Shown here: in pieces, positions 27,283 through 42,200 of the stretch
Layout of the letters: each line of letters opens with the position of its first letter
How positions within the stretch are numbered: the stretch's first letter is position 1
Origin: Guillardia theta CCMP2712
Taxonomy: Eukaryota > Protista > Cryptophyta
Direction of reading: 5' to 3'
DNA: 64,000 bases
NCBI RefSeq assembly: GCF_000315625.1
Contig: NW_005434615.1
Span: forward strand, 254,852 to 318,851
The notes under the pieces: generated by a model
Told to the model about the DNA's origin: nothing
Database searches by the model: none
Seen by the model: only the letters and a program-made list of their open reading frames with translations
Made by a program: the position numbers and the translations under genes

Positions 27283-30200
27283 ATGCAAACAAAATCGAGG
27301 CTTCTGGCCGCCTCAACAAAAGTTTTGGTCGTCTATATCGTGATTGTGTTGTCAAGTTATGCTTCGGCTGAGTCTACCGATGCATCGAAGAGTATTGCAA
27401 CAGGAAACGGCCTTCTATCTGCTACAGCAGGCATTGTGTCAGGGTTTACCATCACAGCTAAGGACGAATCTGGCGTCCGAAGAACCTCGGGTGGTGATGA
27501 ATTCATCGTCGAATTGGAAGGTATTTTGTGCTTTTTCCTTCGATTGAGTATGAACTTTTGATTTTTAAGGCACACGATCGATAAGTGGCTCTGTCACTGA
27601 CTCATTAGATGGCACGTATGATGTATCCTACACTCCGACAAAGAGCGGAAACTACGAAGCATCTGTGAAGTTGGCAAGAAGCGGAGGTCTTTCTGGTCAA
27701 TACTTTGAGAATGTGTGGTTTTTCTACACCCCTGTCAAAACTGTAATCAACCCCACGATCAATCTGGATTGGGGAGAGGGTCCTGTCACTGATATGGGCC
27801 AAGATTACGTCAGCATTCGTTGGCAAGGAAAACTGAAGCCATTGTTTCCCGAAACTCATACGTTTTTCATTTCAAGTGATGACGGTGCAAAGCTGTGGGT
27901 GGACAACGTGCTCATGATCGATCGATGGGACTCTTCTTGTAACGAGACATCAGCTACCATCGCTTTGAAGCCGCATGTCTTCTACAACATAAAACTAGAG
28001 TACAAGGAAGTCACTGGAAACGCTTACATTCGTCTCAGTTGGCAAACTCACTCAACACCAAAAGAAATTATCCCTGCAAGCCAATTGTACTATGAATCGC
28101 AGATCAAGCAGAGCCCCTTCTCCCTCATTGTGTACCCTAATGTGGCCTACGGTCCTCGCTGCTGGGCAGCTGGCGAGGGTCTTGCTCTGGCAACAGCTGG
28201 TACATCAGCTCAGTTGACCCTTCAGGCAAATGATATCTACGACAATGAGAGGGGAGAAGGTGGTGATCTCTTCAGCGTCAGAGTATATCCACAAGGCTCA
28301 ATTGAGGTTGGCAATCAGGGTAGACCCGTCCATGCTGTTGTGGTTGATGAAACTGATTCATCATACATTTCGGAATATACCACGTACACGTCAGGCAACA
28401 ATACTCTTTATGCTACACTTCTGACTGGTGGAGGTGTTGGTGCCACGTACTATTCCGATTATGGATTTTCGATGCCGCAAAAGTACGAGCAGGGCGATTC
28501 TGCTGTTCAGACCTTGATGTACGACAGCTCTATGCAGCACTCACTACCAAGTGAGGGGAACTTTTCTGTCCGATATGTTGGATTCTTGGGACCGGAGGCA
28601 GATGACGTTTACACCTTTACATGGGTTGCATCGGGCAATGGTGGAGCAGTCAGAGTGTGGGTTGACAACATGATTCTGATCAATCAGTGGGACTCAAGCT
28701 CAGTCACTGATTCTGGAACCATTGATCTCCGTGCAACATACTACTATGACTTGAAGGTTGAATACAAGTTTGAGCAGACAAGTTCTTTGAATCCAAGCGC
28801 CAGTTTGCAATGGAAGTATTCTGATTTAGCTCAGACAGTACTTGGTTCCGCTTCCTTGTTCCTCGGCCAGGATGTCATGGATATTCCCTCGCTTGTTTCC
28901 GTTTATCCTGCTGGTATGCATCTTTGTATGCTTTCAATTGTTTTCTGAACTCACGATTCGGTTTTGTCAGGTACTTGCGCCTCCAAGTCAATTGTTACTC
29001 CTCAAACCCTCGGAGAGACTGACAGCCTAGAATTGTCAACAGCTGGGCATCAAGCTGAATTCACAATCACTGCACGAGATTTGTATGGCAACCTCCGACT
29101 GGTAGGTGGGGAGCGATTCAAAGTGCGTCTCACTGGAGTGGATTCGCTTGCTGGTGTCGTCGAAGACATGCAAGTTACAAATCCAGGGAATTACCGTGTC
29201 ATTTTCACTGCAACAAAATCCGGCACGTATGATGTCAGTGTTGTCTTTGGTGCAAGCGGAGTTCATAACTCACCCTATCGTTTAAGTGTGCAACCTGCAC
29301 GAAGGCATCTGATCAACAGCCCAACGACAGGTCTTGCTTTGACTTTGTCTAGCGCTGGTATCTTGTCATCGATCACCATTACAGTACGGGATAGGCATGA
29401 AAATTGGCAACCAGATCCTAGTGTAGCATTCGCAGGAATCAAAATTCTTGCAAGCGATTCTCTCAACAGCACAGACTTTGTTAGCACTAATCAGCAGACG
29501 TTGCAAAGTGGTGACAAGCCCGCCTTTGCAGATCAATTGAGCTATATCGGTGATATTAGCCTCAGGGGCACTCAAATTGCTACACCAACTACTCTAGACA
29601 ATCCAAGATTGATCTTACGGTACATCATCACAAGGAGTGGAATGTATTCCTTGCTCGTCGGGGGCAGTGCAACTTCGCACGAGAGCTCGGTACTCGGATC
29701 TCCGTTCTCACTCGCGATCCATCCTGCACCTGCTTGTGCAGTCACTTCCAGTGTCATGGGCAGTGCTTTGACCATTGCTACTGCTGGAATCCAAGCAACT
29801 TACACCATTCAATCTCGAGGTACCACTTAAATTCTAGATGATGTTTTGCGATATTGACGATTTTGGCAGATATGTATGGGAATGCAAGGAATTGGGAATT
29901 CGGAGACAACTTTGTCGCAGTCGTTCGACAGTACTATGGATACGAAAATGGAACTGATGCCGTCCTGAAACAATACCGCAACGTAGAGTGCTCCACTCTC
30001 ACCCCGCCTGGTCAAGTATGCGACACGTGGATGACGTATAACAGTGACTGGACAACTGTTGGTGGAAGAGATAAGCATCCAATCGTCATGGACCAAGGCG
30101 ACGGAACCTACACTGTGTCTTACACTGCCACCAGAAGTGGCAACAATTACATCTGGACCTCGCTTGCTGTAGCCGGTGGACTACAAGCCACGTACTATAT

Positions 30201-33200
30201 TGGATCTACGAGTGATGTTTCGGATTCAACTCTGTTCGGTGTGGCAGGGAGCTCGCGCGTGGTTCAATCCGATACCACAATCGATTTCAGTGTCACAGCC
30301 GTTGCTCCCACTCCAATTTCAGGACAAACTGCATGGGCTGCGCGATGGACTGGAATGATCTTGCCGAGTGTTTCAGAGGTGTATACTTTCTACTTTGGTG
30401 GAGATGTATCATCCACAGACAAAATGGAGAGAGTGAAGTTGTGGGTTGACAATAGCCTCATTATCCAACAATGGTCCTCTCTCGCTTCATCGTCCGCACC
30501 TTCAGGAAGCATCGCTCTGGAGAAAGGAGTTTACTACGAAATACAGTGCGCAGCTAAGACTGCGACTGCGTCCAGTACTGCCACTTCAAAATTTCAGCTT
30601 AAATGGTCTTCATTCACACATGACCAATCTGTCATTTCAAGCTCTCGATTGTTCTTTTCACAGCATGTAGGGAGCAGTCCACTACAAGTCTATGTCGAGC
30701 AGAATATGACTTGTGCGTCCAAATCACGAGTTTACAAATCCGGCCTGTCCATTGCCACTGCAGGTGTCGCTGCGAGCTTCACTGTTCAGAGCAGAGATGC
30801 ATTTGACAACAAACGACTATTCAACTTTACCGACGACCAGAGACAATTTGAGTGGTAAGTGGAATTCTGTTGGAACTGTATTGAAATAACCTATTTGTCA
30901 GGGCCATTGTTGCAAATGCTACTTTACCAAACAGCAGCATGATGGCACAAAACAGTGATTATGATGGCGGAAGTGTTGTCAGTTTGGGCACAGTTCAGTA
31001 CGTACGTAACGGAGGCTACCAAGTCAACTATACTGTCACAAACACCGAAAGCTACAATCTGAGAGGACGTATCTTATCACCAGGAGGATTGTACGGAAAG
31101 TATTACGAGAACGACGATCTTACGGATCATGCTGTCGCTCCAGATGGGACCTTGAGTCATATTAGAGCTTTCGAGAGGCTTGACCCCGTCATCGATTTCA
31201 CTTGGGGACTTGGACGTCCCGTAGGTTCAGTCACCGACTTGGGCATGGTGATGAGCAAAGGTGTCTTGATATCGGGAGATTTATCTGATCCCTTTGATCA
31301 AGTCACTCTTGATCCGAATTCAGCTCTGTCAAACGCTCAGTACTACGTTGGAGCTAGAATCGTTGTTGGCAACGAAGAAAGACAGATCGTTCAGTTCAGT
31401 CCTGCAGGAAAACATGGATTTGCTGGGGACAACTCAACCGATACCTATGTTCAGTTGAACCTGACAGATACTGCAGCTGCTACAAACCATTATTACGATG
31501 GTTGGACCATTTTCGTTTACGAGAATCTGACAAACAGGCAAGTTTTGTTGCAACGTCTATCTAACCTAAACTGATGTTGTTTTTCACAGCTACGAGTCAC
31601 GCATCGTCCTTGGCTTTGATTCTCGCTACCAAACAGCATTGATCGATCTTCCTTTGACCTCCAGTCCAGTTGGAAAGTCGATCTTTGTAAGCGGCGATAG
31701 AGTAGTTCGAGTCGAGCCGCCATTCATCAGTCCAATTGCCGCAGGCTCAAACTACACAGTGGTTGACATCTCTGACTCCAAGGACATCGGGCCAGATTAT
31801 TTCTCTGCAAGGTGGCAAGGAATGGTTGAGCCAAAGTACAGCGAAGTTTTCACCTTCAGCGTCTACTGTGACGATGGTGCAAAACTGTATGTGAACGACC
31901 TATTGATTCTTGATCACTGGTATTCGCGCATATCAGAGGTTGATGGTACAATTGCCCTCATGGCCGACACCAAATATCCTATCCGACTTGAGTATAAGCA
32001 AGTGAGTGGTAATGCTTCAGTTCAGTTACGATGGAGCAGCAAGACACAAATGAAGGAAATTGTTCCCAGTTCCTCCCTATTCACCTGGACCACAACCGCG
32101 ATGTTGAGCAATTTGGATCAACCTTTGTATGTTGAGCCTGCCGAAGTCTGCTCGACCCAGTCCTCAGCATTTGGTGAAGGGCTTTCCCTTGCAACTGCTG
32201 GTCAAACAGCTTATTTCACTTTGCAATCGCGAGATGAGTACGAGAACAATCGCAAGATTGCCGACTCCGGCGTGAGACCTGGGAACCCAGGCACAGCAAG
32301 ACTCGTCGACTTCGGGACGATGGAGTACATCTCAGCTTCTGTTGTGAAGCTTGGTAACAGCTCGTCTGCTGTCGGTCAAGCGTACAGGAACTACATCCTC
32401 TACATTGATTCAACGAATGAATGGAGACAGATCACTGACTACACCATCAATAGAGTGGCAACTTTAGATTCTCCACTGAGCACAACTGCCAACACGCAGT
32501 ACAAGGTTCTCGACCTGGTTTCTCTGGATTTAACTGGTAGAAGCGCCTTCGATCATGGATACCCTGAGTTCCATGTGAGAATCCTCCCTGTTGTAGACGG
32601 CAGTGAACAGGTTCTACATTCAATCCCTGAAAGGCTTGCTAGCCTCCAGTACTCGGGCGGATTGACTGCCACTTACTATGACGGATGGTCGAGCTCTGCC
32701 AGCGTTGATGCAGATCGGTTGCTCGGTGGGGATACATTCGCTACTCCACGATGGTCAACATGGTGCTCTGCAGGCCAACCTTGTGATTACACGATTGACT
32801 TCAGCAAGAGCTCGAATTTCAAGAAGTTTGTCTATGGTGATGGGTGTGGAGTGCAGTGGATCAACAAGGTGCTGCAAGACACAACCGTCGCAGATGGCAC
32901 CACCCACACTGCAAACTTGAATCCTCAAACAGCTTCTGCTCAACTGAACGCATACCTTGATCACTACATCCTATTTCTAGATGGACTCTGTGAGCGTAGA
33001 TGGACTAAGATTATTAGCTACGCGCAGGATTCTTTCGTGGCAGGGCTGAATGTCTCTGATGATGACCTGTGGTCGGATGGACTGAGGTCTTGTATCCATG
33101 GGTCAAACGCAGCCTACGAGATCTATCAGAATGCTATCGATGGAAGTCAAAAGTCCCAACCACTCTTCCCACGAATGTGCGAGGGAGGATCAGATCTGAC

Positions 33201-36200
33201 TCGTGGTTGGATGGCTTTTGAACCCAGCGAGAACTACCAAGCGTGTGTGACTCAGAGTAATTATGCTGTTCGCTGGTCCGGATATCTCTCACCCACAGTG
33301 TCTGGAGTCTACACCTTCTACGCTGACCTCCCATCTGCTACAGCTTCGGGGGAATCAGATGATCGTGTTAAGCTCTGGATAGACAATGAAGTTGTGATCA
33401 TGCAATGGACGTCTTTGAGCAGCGTCAACGGAGCTCGTTCTGGAACTTACATGCTCGACAGCTATCCTGCTATTCACACAATCAGCATGTATTACAAGAA
33501 CAGCGTCTCCAATTCAGGCCTTCAATTGCGCTGGCAAACTCAAGAAGCAGGACACAAGTCCGCATTCACGCAAGGTTACAGCGGAAAACTTCCCGCAGAC
33601 ACAGTTTGTGCCTCGCCGTACTACACAAGGCTGGGGTCAACTGCAGCTGGAGACGGATTTGCATCATCTACTATAGATGGAATCTACAACATGTACTACA
33701 TCAAGTTCGAAACTTCCGGCAATTGCAACAACAGATGGACTCAAGTGAGCAAGGACAGCGCCACGTCAGCTTCGGAAGTGTATGACAAATCAACGTCGTG
33801 CCTTTATGTGGGTGACACTTGGAGCGATGGTGGCGTCAACTGCTCTTCAGCTCAAGGAGATCAATTCAGATTGATTGAATGGTTGTCTCTTCCAGGAACA
33901 GTGACAAGCTCTTGCTCGGCCGACGCACATGATGGATTCACTTACCTCATGGCTGATGTCGAGTTAGCCGACGCCATTGTCTCGTTGACTCCCTCGGAGG
34001 TGACAAGGCTCAACATTATTGCTTCAAGCATTATCCGCATCGATGACGAGTACATGCGTGTAACTGCCGTCTCATCAGGAACACTCACTGTCACTCGAGC
34101 TGTTTCCTGGAGCACTCTTGCTAGACATCGTGAGGGTGTAAAGGTTTACGCGTTGGCAAACTTTGGAATGACTACTCCAATTCCTCTGCCTGCCACAACT
34201 TTCCAGGATTTAGTGGTTCTTTTCACCACAGGAAGCTGCAAGGGAAGGTATGGCAAGATTGTATCGTGGAATAATGATACCTCTTGCGCTGCCATCGGTG
34301 GAATGTTCCTAGACCAAGGGAACAACTGGCTCGATGGAGGGGCAACTTGTGGTGTACAAGCGGGCGATAATTACCTCGTGAAGTTTGGAATCAACTCTTC
34401 GGTTGTAACCAATGCGACAGGAACTGCAGGATCCCTTCCAGTTGGTGAATGGCTTTCTAATGTAGGAACTCTTCAAGCTGATGATGAATCTTGCAAGAAT
34501 GACCATCAGCATGTGCATTTGAGTACCCTTGCTTCCTCTCGGGATCTTGAGTACGAGAGCTATTACATTCGTTTCACCTCGGGAATCTGCAGCGGTGAAT
34601 GGGCAAAAATATCCTACTACGATGGAGGCAGCCGATGTGCCAAACTTGAATGGGAATCTCTCGGCAAGTCCGGGATCTCGAGTGCAACCAACGCTCTAGC
34701 TGTGGGCAAAAACATCACCCAGCTCGATGAAATCATCTCACTCAGTGATAATGTAATTGCAGATCTCAATCTTGTTGCTGGGCTGTACATCCAAGTTGAT
34801 TTTGAAATAATGCTCGTTCTTGACATCATCGGCTCAAACAGGATTCTGGTCTCCAGAGCACAAGGAAATACAGCTGCGCTTCCACATCTTGAGCTTGCAA
34901 CAGTCTCTGTGGTTGGAATGCGCTGCAGCTATGGCGACACATACACTCTTGGAGTCACTGCAGGGGGCCCAATTGTTCCATCTAGCAGGATGTTCCCTCT
35001 GTCGGGAAGGTACCTAGTTGAGTACACTCCGATCATTCGTGGAGACTATCAAGTCCATACTTCCCTGGCTCAGGGTTCTGGTCTTGATGCAACTTTCTAT
35101 GACGATCAAGATCTCAACAACGTCGCGATGTGGAGGGTTGATCCGGTTCTAAACTTCAGCATTTCTGACACAGACATTGGATATGACAAGTCAAATTGGG
35201 CAAATTTGCTCTCAGACAGGCTGAGCTTCTCTGTTCGCTGGGCAGGTCTCTTGCAGTTGGATGATGACGTCGTAGATCAGGACAATCAGGTTTTTACCTT
35301 TGAAGCTTCCATTGCTGAATACGACGAGCGTGTCAAATTGTGGGTCGACAACAGTCTGATTATTGACAGATGGGACACTTATGACCACCTCAGTTCCACG
35401 GTCTTCTCTGCGACCATTGGGCTGAAACGCCCCAACTATTACGACGTCAAAATGGAGTACAAGCAATTTGCAGGTTCTGAAGCGAAAGCAGTTCTCAAGT
35501 GGCAATGTCAAATTCCAGGTAGCACATGCGAAAACAAGGAAATCATTCCCTCATCGAACCTCTTCCGGATCAGAGAAGTGATGGACAGTCCATTCCCTCC
35601 CTTCTCGGTCATGCCGGCTCCCACGAGTGCCGACAGAAGTATAGTTGATGGTGCTGGCCTTAGCTCAGCTACTGCTGGTGCTCCAGCTCTGTTCAACATT
35701 CAAGCAAACGATGAGTATGACAACGAGAGAGGAGTAGGAGGCGATCTCTTCATCATCAATGCTGTTCCTTATGATACGTGGGACCAAATGGAGAAGTATG
35801 AGCAATCCAGGGCTTCAGCTGATTGTAGTGAGTGTCCGCAAACTATTCATGGGCTTGCCACTGATCTTGGCGATTCCTCGTACCTTGCAAATTTCACGGG
35901 TACCAAGCGTGGTGCTTACAAAGTGCTCACTTCTTATGCCTTGAGTGGAGGCTTGTTTGCCACTTACTACACAGGCACGCCCACATCCTACTACTCTTCT
36001 TTCCACAGATACAATCAGACTGCGGATTCTCAAGCAGACTTCCCTTCAGCCTGCGTGTATCAAAAATGGAAGATCGGCTTTCCCCTGAGTTCGTTTGAGT
36101 GTGCCTCGCCAGGGTACGATCGCTCTGACACTGATCATTTGGAACTTGGTTTCTTGAGGGACGGAAGCAACAGTACCCATCTTCTCCTCGACTCATCGAA

Positions 36201-39200
36201 GGCAAGCCCGAACAGCTACATCGGCATGACGATTGCAATCGTGGGAGGCAAAGCTGCGTTGTCGGTCCGAACAATTATTGGTGAGTTGTCCGATAGGACT
36301 GTTGTTGTTGCTGCCCTCGGGGAAACCCCAGACTCTTCTTCAGAGTACAAGATTGTTGGAAGCAAGTGGCAACGTAATTCGGGTTGGATCAAGGGCCAAA
36401 GCCCAACAGGCATCGACACAACTTCGCTCAGACTTCCTGCCAATGGCTCATGGGATCGTTTGGATGAAGAACCGTACTCAGCCACGATCATTTCTCCAAA
36501 TGATGGCGTCGGAAGCATTCAAGAATACACAGACATGAATCTTCATGGAGGAATCAACTGCTCAATGCAAAATCATTTCAGACTTGGCCCTGAGACATCA
36601 GGCGTTGACGATGATTACAACAACAGGTACATCAAGTTTACATCAGGAACTTGCAAGGGTCGATGGAACAAGATAGAAAGCTACGTTGGACCTGGAAGGA
36701 GATTGGTTCAACTTGAGCAGGGATTGTCCGATTCGGCATCGGTGATGCTTCCAACAGCTATCAACGCAGCTGAAAATTACTATAACTTCTCCACTATCTG
36801 TGTGACGTCTGGTACTGGAAGCGGGGAGTGCAGAAAGATCGTGAGCTACAATGGCACCGTAGCGACGGTTTCACCTAGCTTCTCAGTGGCACTTGATGCA
36901 ACCTCCGTCATTCAGATCATCGGAGGAAGCAAATGTGCAACCTTGGCGTCGACTTGGAGTGACGGCAGTGCGGCTTGCACTCCATCAGCAGGCGATAGCT
37001 ACAAGATCATGGGTGACTGGAGAATTGTCTTTACCAAGGGAACTTGCAAAGGTCAATTCAGCATGATTTCTGATTATGAGGTCTCTACCGACTATGCTGC
37101 GGGAGGTACCATTCATCTGGCAACTGCCTTGAGCCCTACTTCACAGACCGGAGTTGCTGGTCCTTATGGTGAAGTTGCCGATGATTACCGTTTGTCAACA
37201 ATTACCTACAACTTTACTGGTTGCACTCGTCCGGATTCTACGACGGAGTATGTTTTGGTGCCTGGTCTCAAGCCCCCTGGAAGCATTGATTCGTTGACAG
37301 GATCGTTTCAAGTCAGGTGGTCAGGTTTCATCCAACCTACTTCGAACGCAGCGTACACTTTCTTTGCTCAATTGCCCGATGCCGCTGGAAGCCAGGAGCG
37401 TGTCAAGCTTTGGCTTGACAACGTCCTTGTGATTGACCAATGGTCATCCTTGGATGGAAACCTCCCATCCGGTACGATCTTGTTCGCAAATTCGCAAACT
37501 GGTCTTTATGATCTGCAATTCGAGTACAAACGTGACTCAACATCGACCAAGCCACCGCGCGTCAAGCTCACTTGGTTGAACACCTTGTCGGGACTCGAAG
37601 CGAATGGAGAGAATCCAATCATGTCCTCCAGGCTATTCACAAAACTTCCTGTTCCAAATGATGTCATGCTGGACCTCGTGGCAACTGGAACTGATCCACA
37701 ACATTGTTTGGCTACAGGAAACGGCCTCACGACCGCGACGGCTGGAAAGCAGGTGACCATGAGCCTCTTCGTGTTCTGACATTGACTCTGACCTTGATCA
37801 CTTTCAGGCCTTATTCAGCATCACAAGTCGTGATGCTTATGCCAATCTGCGTGACCTGGATGAGGACAGCTATATCGTCTACCTGAAGGGCCCGAACACG
37901 ACCATCTTCTCAAAGCCAGCTTCCATCGTCGCCAGCCCTGGTGTCTATGGGGTTGAATATACTCCGACGCAGAGCGGTGATTACACAGTGAATGTCGAAC
38001 GTCCTCAGGCAGGCGGTCTGGCAGCCAGCTGGTACAACAACATGTGGATGATGGGAGATCCCTCGGACACGTCGATCTCCACAGAGATCAATTACAACTG
38101 GTCGACTTCGTTTGTGACCCCAAGATCCAACGACATGACAAAGACTGGCTCTGACTACGTGTCAGTAAGGTGGACTGGATACTTCAAGCCTGAATTGTCC
38201 GAAGTCTACACTTTTACCTCATCTTATGATGATGGCTTTGCGCTATACATTGATGAGGACAAGGTCATTGATGATTGGGAAGGAGTGAACAAAGAATCAT
38301 GGTGCACCATGAGCCTTGAGGCGAACAGATTGTATGAGATGACTGTCGAGTATCGTGAAGCTCAGGAACAAGCTTACTGCAGGCTGTATTATTCGAGCTC
38401 AAGTGTGATGAAATCTATCATCCCTTCATCTCGTTTGTACTACTCTGCCGAGCACATCTTTGGATCTCCATTCAAGCTGTACGTGAACCCTGCGGTGACT
38501 TGTGGCGCTGTGTCGATGTTGTCTGGTCCAGGGCTCTCATATGCAACCGCTGGGTTGACAGCAGCATTCACAATACAAGCTCGCGATGAGTACTCCAACC
38601 TCAAGACAAAATGGGGAGATACGTTCGTGGTTGCTGCAGCCGCTACCAACGCCATTGCTGCTGATGCTCGTGGCGATTTCTCCACGATGCCATATTCAGC
38701 TCGAGACAAGCACGGAACTGTTGGTGCAGATGTGATGAAAGGACGTTACAGGGTACAATATGAGGTGACCGCAGCTTCCTCAATCACTCTCTACTCGGCC
38801 TTTGTCGTTACCGGTGGTAAGTCAATTACAGTTTAGGAGATCTATAGCGATTGATGTTTTGTGTTACAGGTGTATTTGCTACATATTACAATGACGTTTC
38901 CGCAACCTACTACAACCAACCTTACGAGGCTCTGTCTTCTCCAACGATTTCAAAGATCACAGCTTCAACTGATGTCACGATTCGATATTCTGGACTTTTC
39001 CGAGCCGAATCGACTTCCATTTACACGTTCCAGCCATATCAATCCACGGATTACAACGACAGGGTGAAGCTCTGGCTCGATTCCGAGCTCATCATTGATC
39101 AGGTCGGTCTCGTCCTGTTGAATCTTATTCCTGATTCTCTTGCAGTGGTCTTCGCTCGCTACCAGCATTCCCACGGGAACTTTCTCCTTCCCAGTTGAGA

Positions 39201-42200
39201 ATGAATACTACGAGATCCAGGTGCTCTACAAACAGTCAACGGCTAGCCAAACTGGAGACCTGCAATTCGTTTACAACTCATCTACTGGAGATCAATTCTA
39301 CCAGATCACCTCTGACAAGCTCTTTACTGCTTCTCATGTGAATGGAAGCCCCTTAACGATCACTGTCAATCCAGCTTTGACGGACTTTGATACAAGGTAT
39401 GTTGTCATTGTGTTGAGTTCGCAAGCAAATACTGACTCATTCTCATTTCTTTCTCCCCTGTTTTTATTGTACAGCATTGTCTTTGGAGAGGGCCTATCGA
39501 TTGCAACAGCCGGTGTGACTTCATCCTTCTCAATTCAAGTGAAGGACACTTTCAACAACCTCAGATTGCAGGGTGGCGACAATTTCACTGCACAGCTCAG
39601 CAAGTCGCTTGCACCAATCGTTCTATCTGCAAGCATCGTCGACAATGCAGACGGTACCTACCAAGTCTCATATCTTCCAAAGGTCGAGGGACAGTACAAC
39701 CTCGGGATTTATCTTGGCACTGACCAAAAGACTTCAAGCGTCTATGTCGAGCCGGGCGTCATCTGTGCAGCGATGAGTGTAGTGAACGGATTATCACTGA
39801 CAATTGGCACTGCTGGCTTCACCGCATCCTTCACCATTCAAGCAAAGGATTCGTTTGACAACGTCAGAACCCTTGGAGTTGACAACTTCATCGTGAGGTT
39901 GAATGGCCCAGCAACCGAAGAACACAACGTCCTTGCAAGGTACCTCGGTGCTTCTCCCAACACGAATTTGGGCCGTTGGACAGTGGCCTACCGTACAACA
40001 AAATCTGGAAACTTCGGTAAGTGTTTCATAAAAGTATGCTGCCTTGATTGATCCATTGAACAGGCATGTCCATCTTTGCGGCTTCGAACAAGTAAGTGAA
40101 CATCAGTTTGTTCTAGAAAGGATTGACCATCTGACGCGTATTTGTTTACAGTGGATTGAATACGACATACTACAGAGATCCTGAACTCAACTTTGCTGTC
40201 TACAATGAAATTGTTCCCACTGTGGACTTCGATGTCGGCGACAGCACTCCTAATGAGTACGTTGGAATTGTCGATGGATTCAGCATTCAATGGCAGGGAT
40301 TTGTCAAGCCCCAGTACGCTGAAGATCACACTTTCACTGCCATGGTAGCGGAGAAGGATGAGAGAATCAAGGTTTGGCTCGATGATCAGTGGATCATTGA
40401 CCAATGGTCTTCGTTGGACACCTTGACGCCGTCGGGCACTCTCTGGTTGGTTGGAGATCTCCTTTATGACCTCAAAGTCCAGTACAAGGAGATTTCTGGT
40501 CAGTCATCGGCTGCTATCATGTGGCAATCTCCTTCAATGAGTCAGCTCATTATTCCCAGCTCAAGATTGTTCGCGAGCGCTGATCATATCGCTGGAAGTC
40601 CATTCTCAACGTCTGTGTTCCCAGCCAGAACTTCTGGAGTTTTGTCCACTGCCATGGGACAAGGCCTTTCCCTTGCTACCGCTGGTGTTCCTGCTTCCTT
40701 CACCATCCAGGCACTGGACCACCTTGGCAACATCAAAACAACTTCCGACGATGTGTTTGTGGTCAGGGCCAGATTCAATGGTATCCACAACGACGTCAAC
40801 AAGAAAAATAGGATTGGCATTGTAACAAACATTGCTCCTGGATTGTACTCTGCATCATACACAGCGACTTGGAAGAGAAATGCACTCTCCGATGACGGCT
40901 GGCAGATTGACACGTACTCTGCAAGCAAGTTGGCACAATATCAAGACATCGGCTTCAGCGGAATTCGCAAGAAGTTTCATGACGTGTTGGTCTCCCAAGC
41001 ACTTCCGGGTGGTTTGATGGCGACCTACTATGACATGATCTCTTCAGACTTCGGTGCTGGACCTTGGGATGGCTTCATCAAGGAACCATGGCTAGATCCT
41101 GTCAGCTCCAAGATCAGCCCAGTTGTAGATGTCGTCGGAAGCTCAAGTGCCGTTGACAGCTGGTGCGTGACCGACGCCACCAACTTTGGAGTCCGATTTG
41201 CTGGCTTCTTCAGTCCTGCAACTGCTCAAAGATACACTTTTCGAACCATCATCGGAAACACTGAGACAGAAAGAGTGAGGCTATGGGTTGACAACTTCCT
41301 AGTTATCGATCAATGGCTCTCCTTGGCCACTGCAGTGGATACCTCAACAGGCTGGGCTGTCTATGAAGGAACGTTTCAATTTGACAGCGTCAATGACTTC
41401 CACGACATTAGGATTGACTACAAGCACGTCAACACTACGTCGTATGATTTGACCAAGATTTCTCTGGAATACATCTTTGCTGAACAGATACTGACCGATT
41501 GTCCGTCAACTGTCGGAATCGGTATAGTCATGCTTGACTAGCTGTTTGATCACATACTAACCTTTTTTTCAGATGCTTGCTCACAGTGCGTTGGAAGATC
41601 TTGTCAGTACAATGGTACTGCTGTTTTGATTCCAAGTGCTCGCTTGTTCCAATCCCACGATTTGAACTTCAACATATTCGAAGCTGGAGGACTAACGGCA
41701 ACGTACTATGATTCCTCTGATACGGTTGGAGCACTGCTTGATGGAGGCGTGTACGACGTTCTCGTCACCGGAACTGCCGTGAATCCATACGATACAACTT
41801 GCACAGCAACTTGCAACACTCCTTGCACTGGCAGCGGATTGACTTGTATTTGCAATGTGACCAGTGGAACGGTATCGATGATTACCATCACTGATCAGGG
41901 CAGTGGCTACTCAGCTCAGTATCCACCTACCATCACGTGTGATGGCGGCTCTGGACAGAGCTTCTATCCCAGAATCTCGTTTGCAGGAGGAATCGTAGGC
42001 GGCAACCTTGTGCCCAAGAAGGCTGTGCAGGAACCAGCCGTGGACTGGTCCGGAAGCTCCTTCACTGACAGGTGAATACTTTATCTAGTGTAGTTGATAC
42101 TGACTTGCTAGCAGACCATATCCATCTTCTGTCACAGATGGACGATTCTCAGTCCGCTGGATGGGATTTGTGAGACCAAGCAGAATGGATGAATACACAT

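Noticed and set aside
32656-37640. Nested inserts as inteins or Hint domains
   Set aside because: No C/S...HN-(C/S/T) splice junction motifs or endonuclease motifs were recognised.
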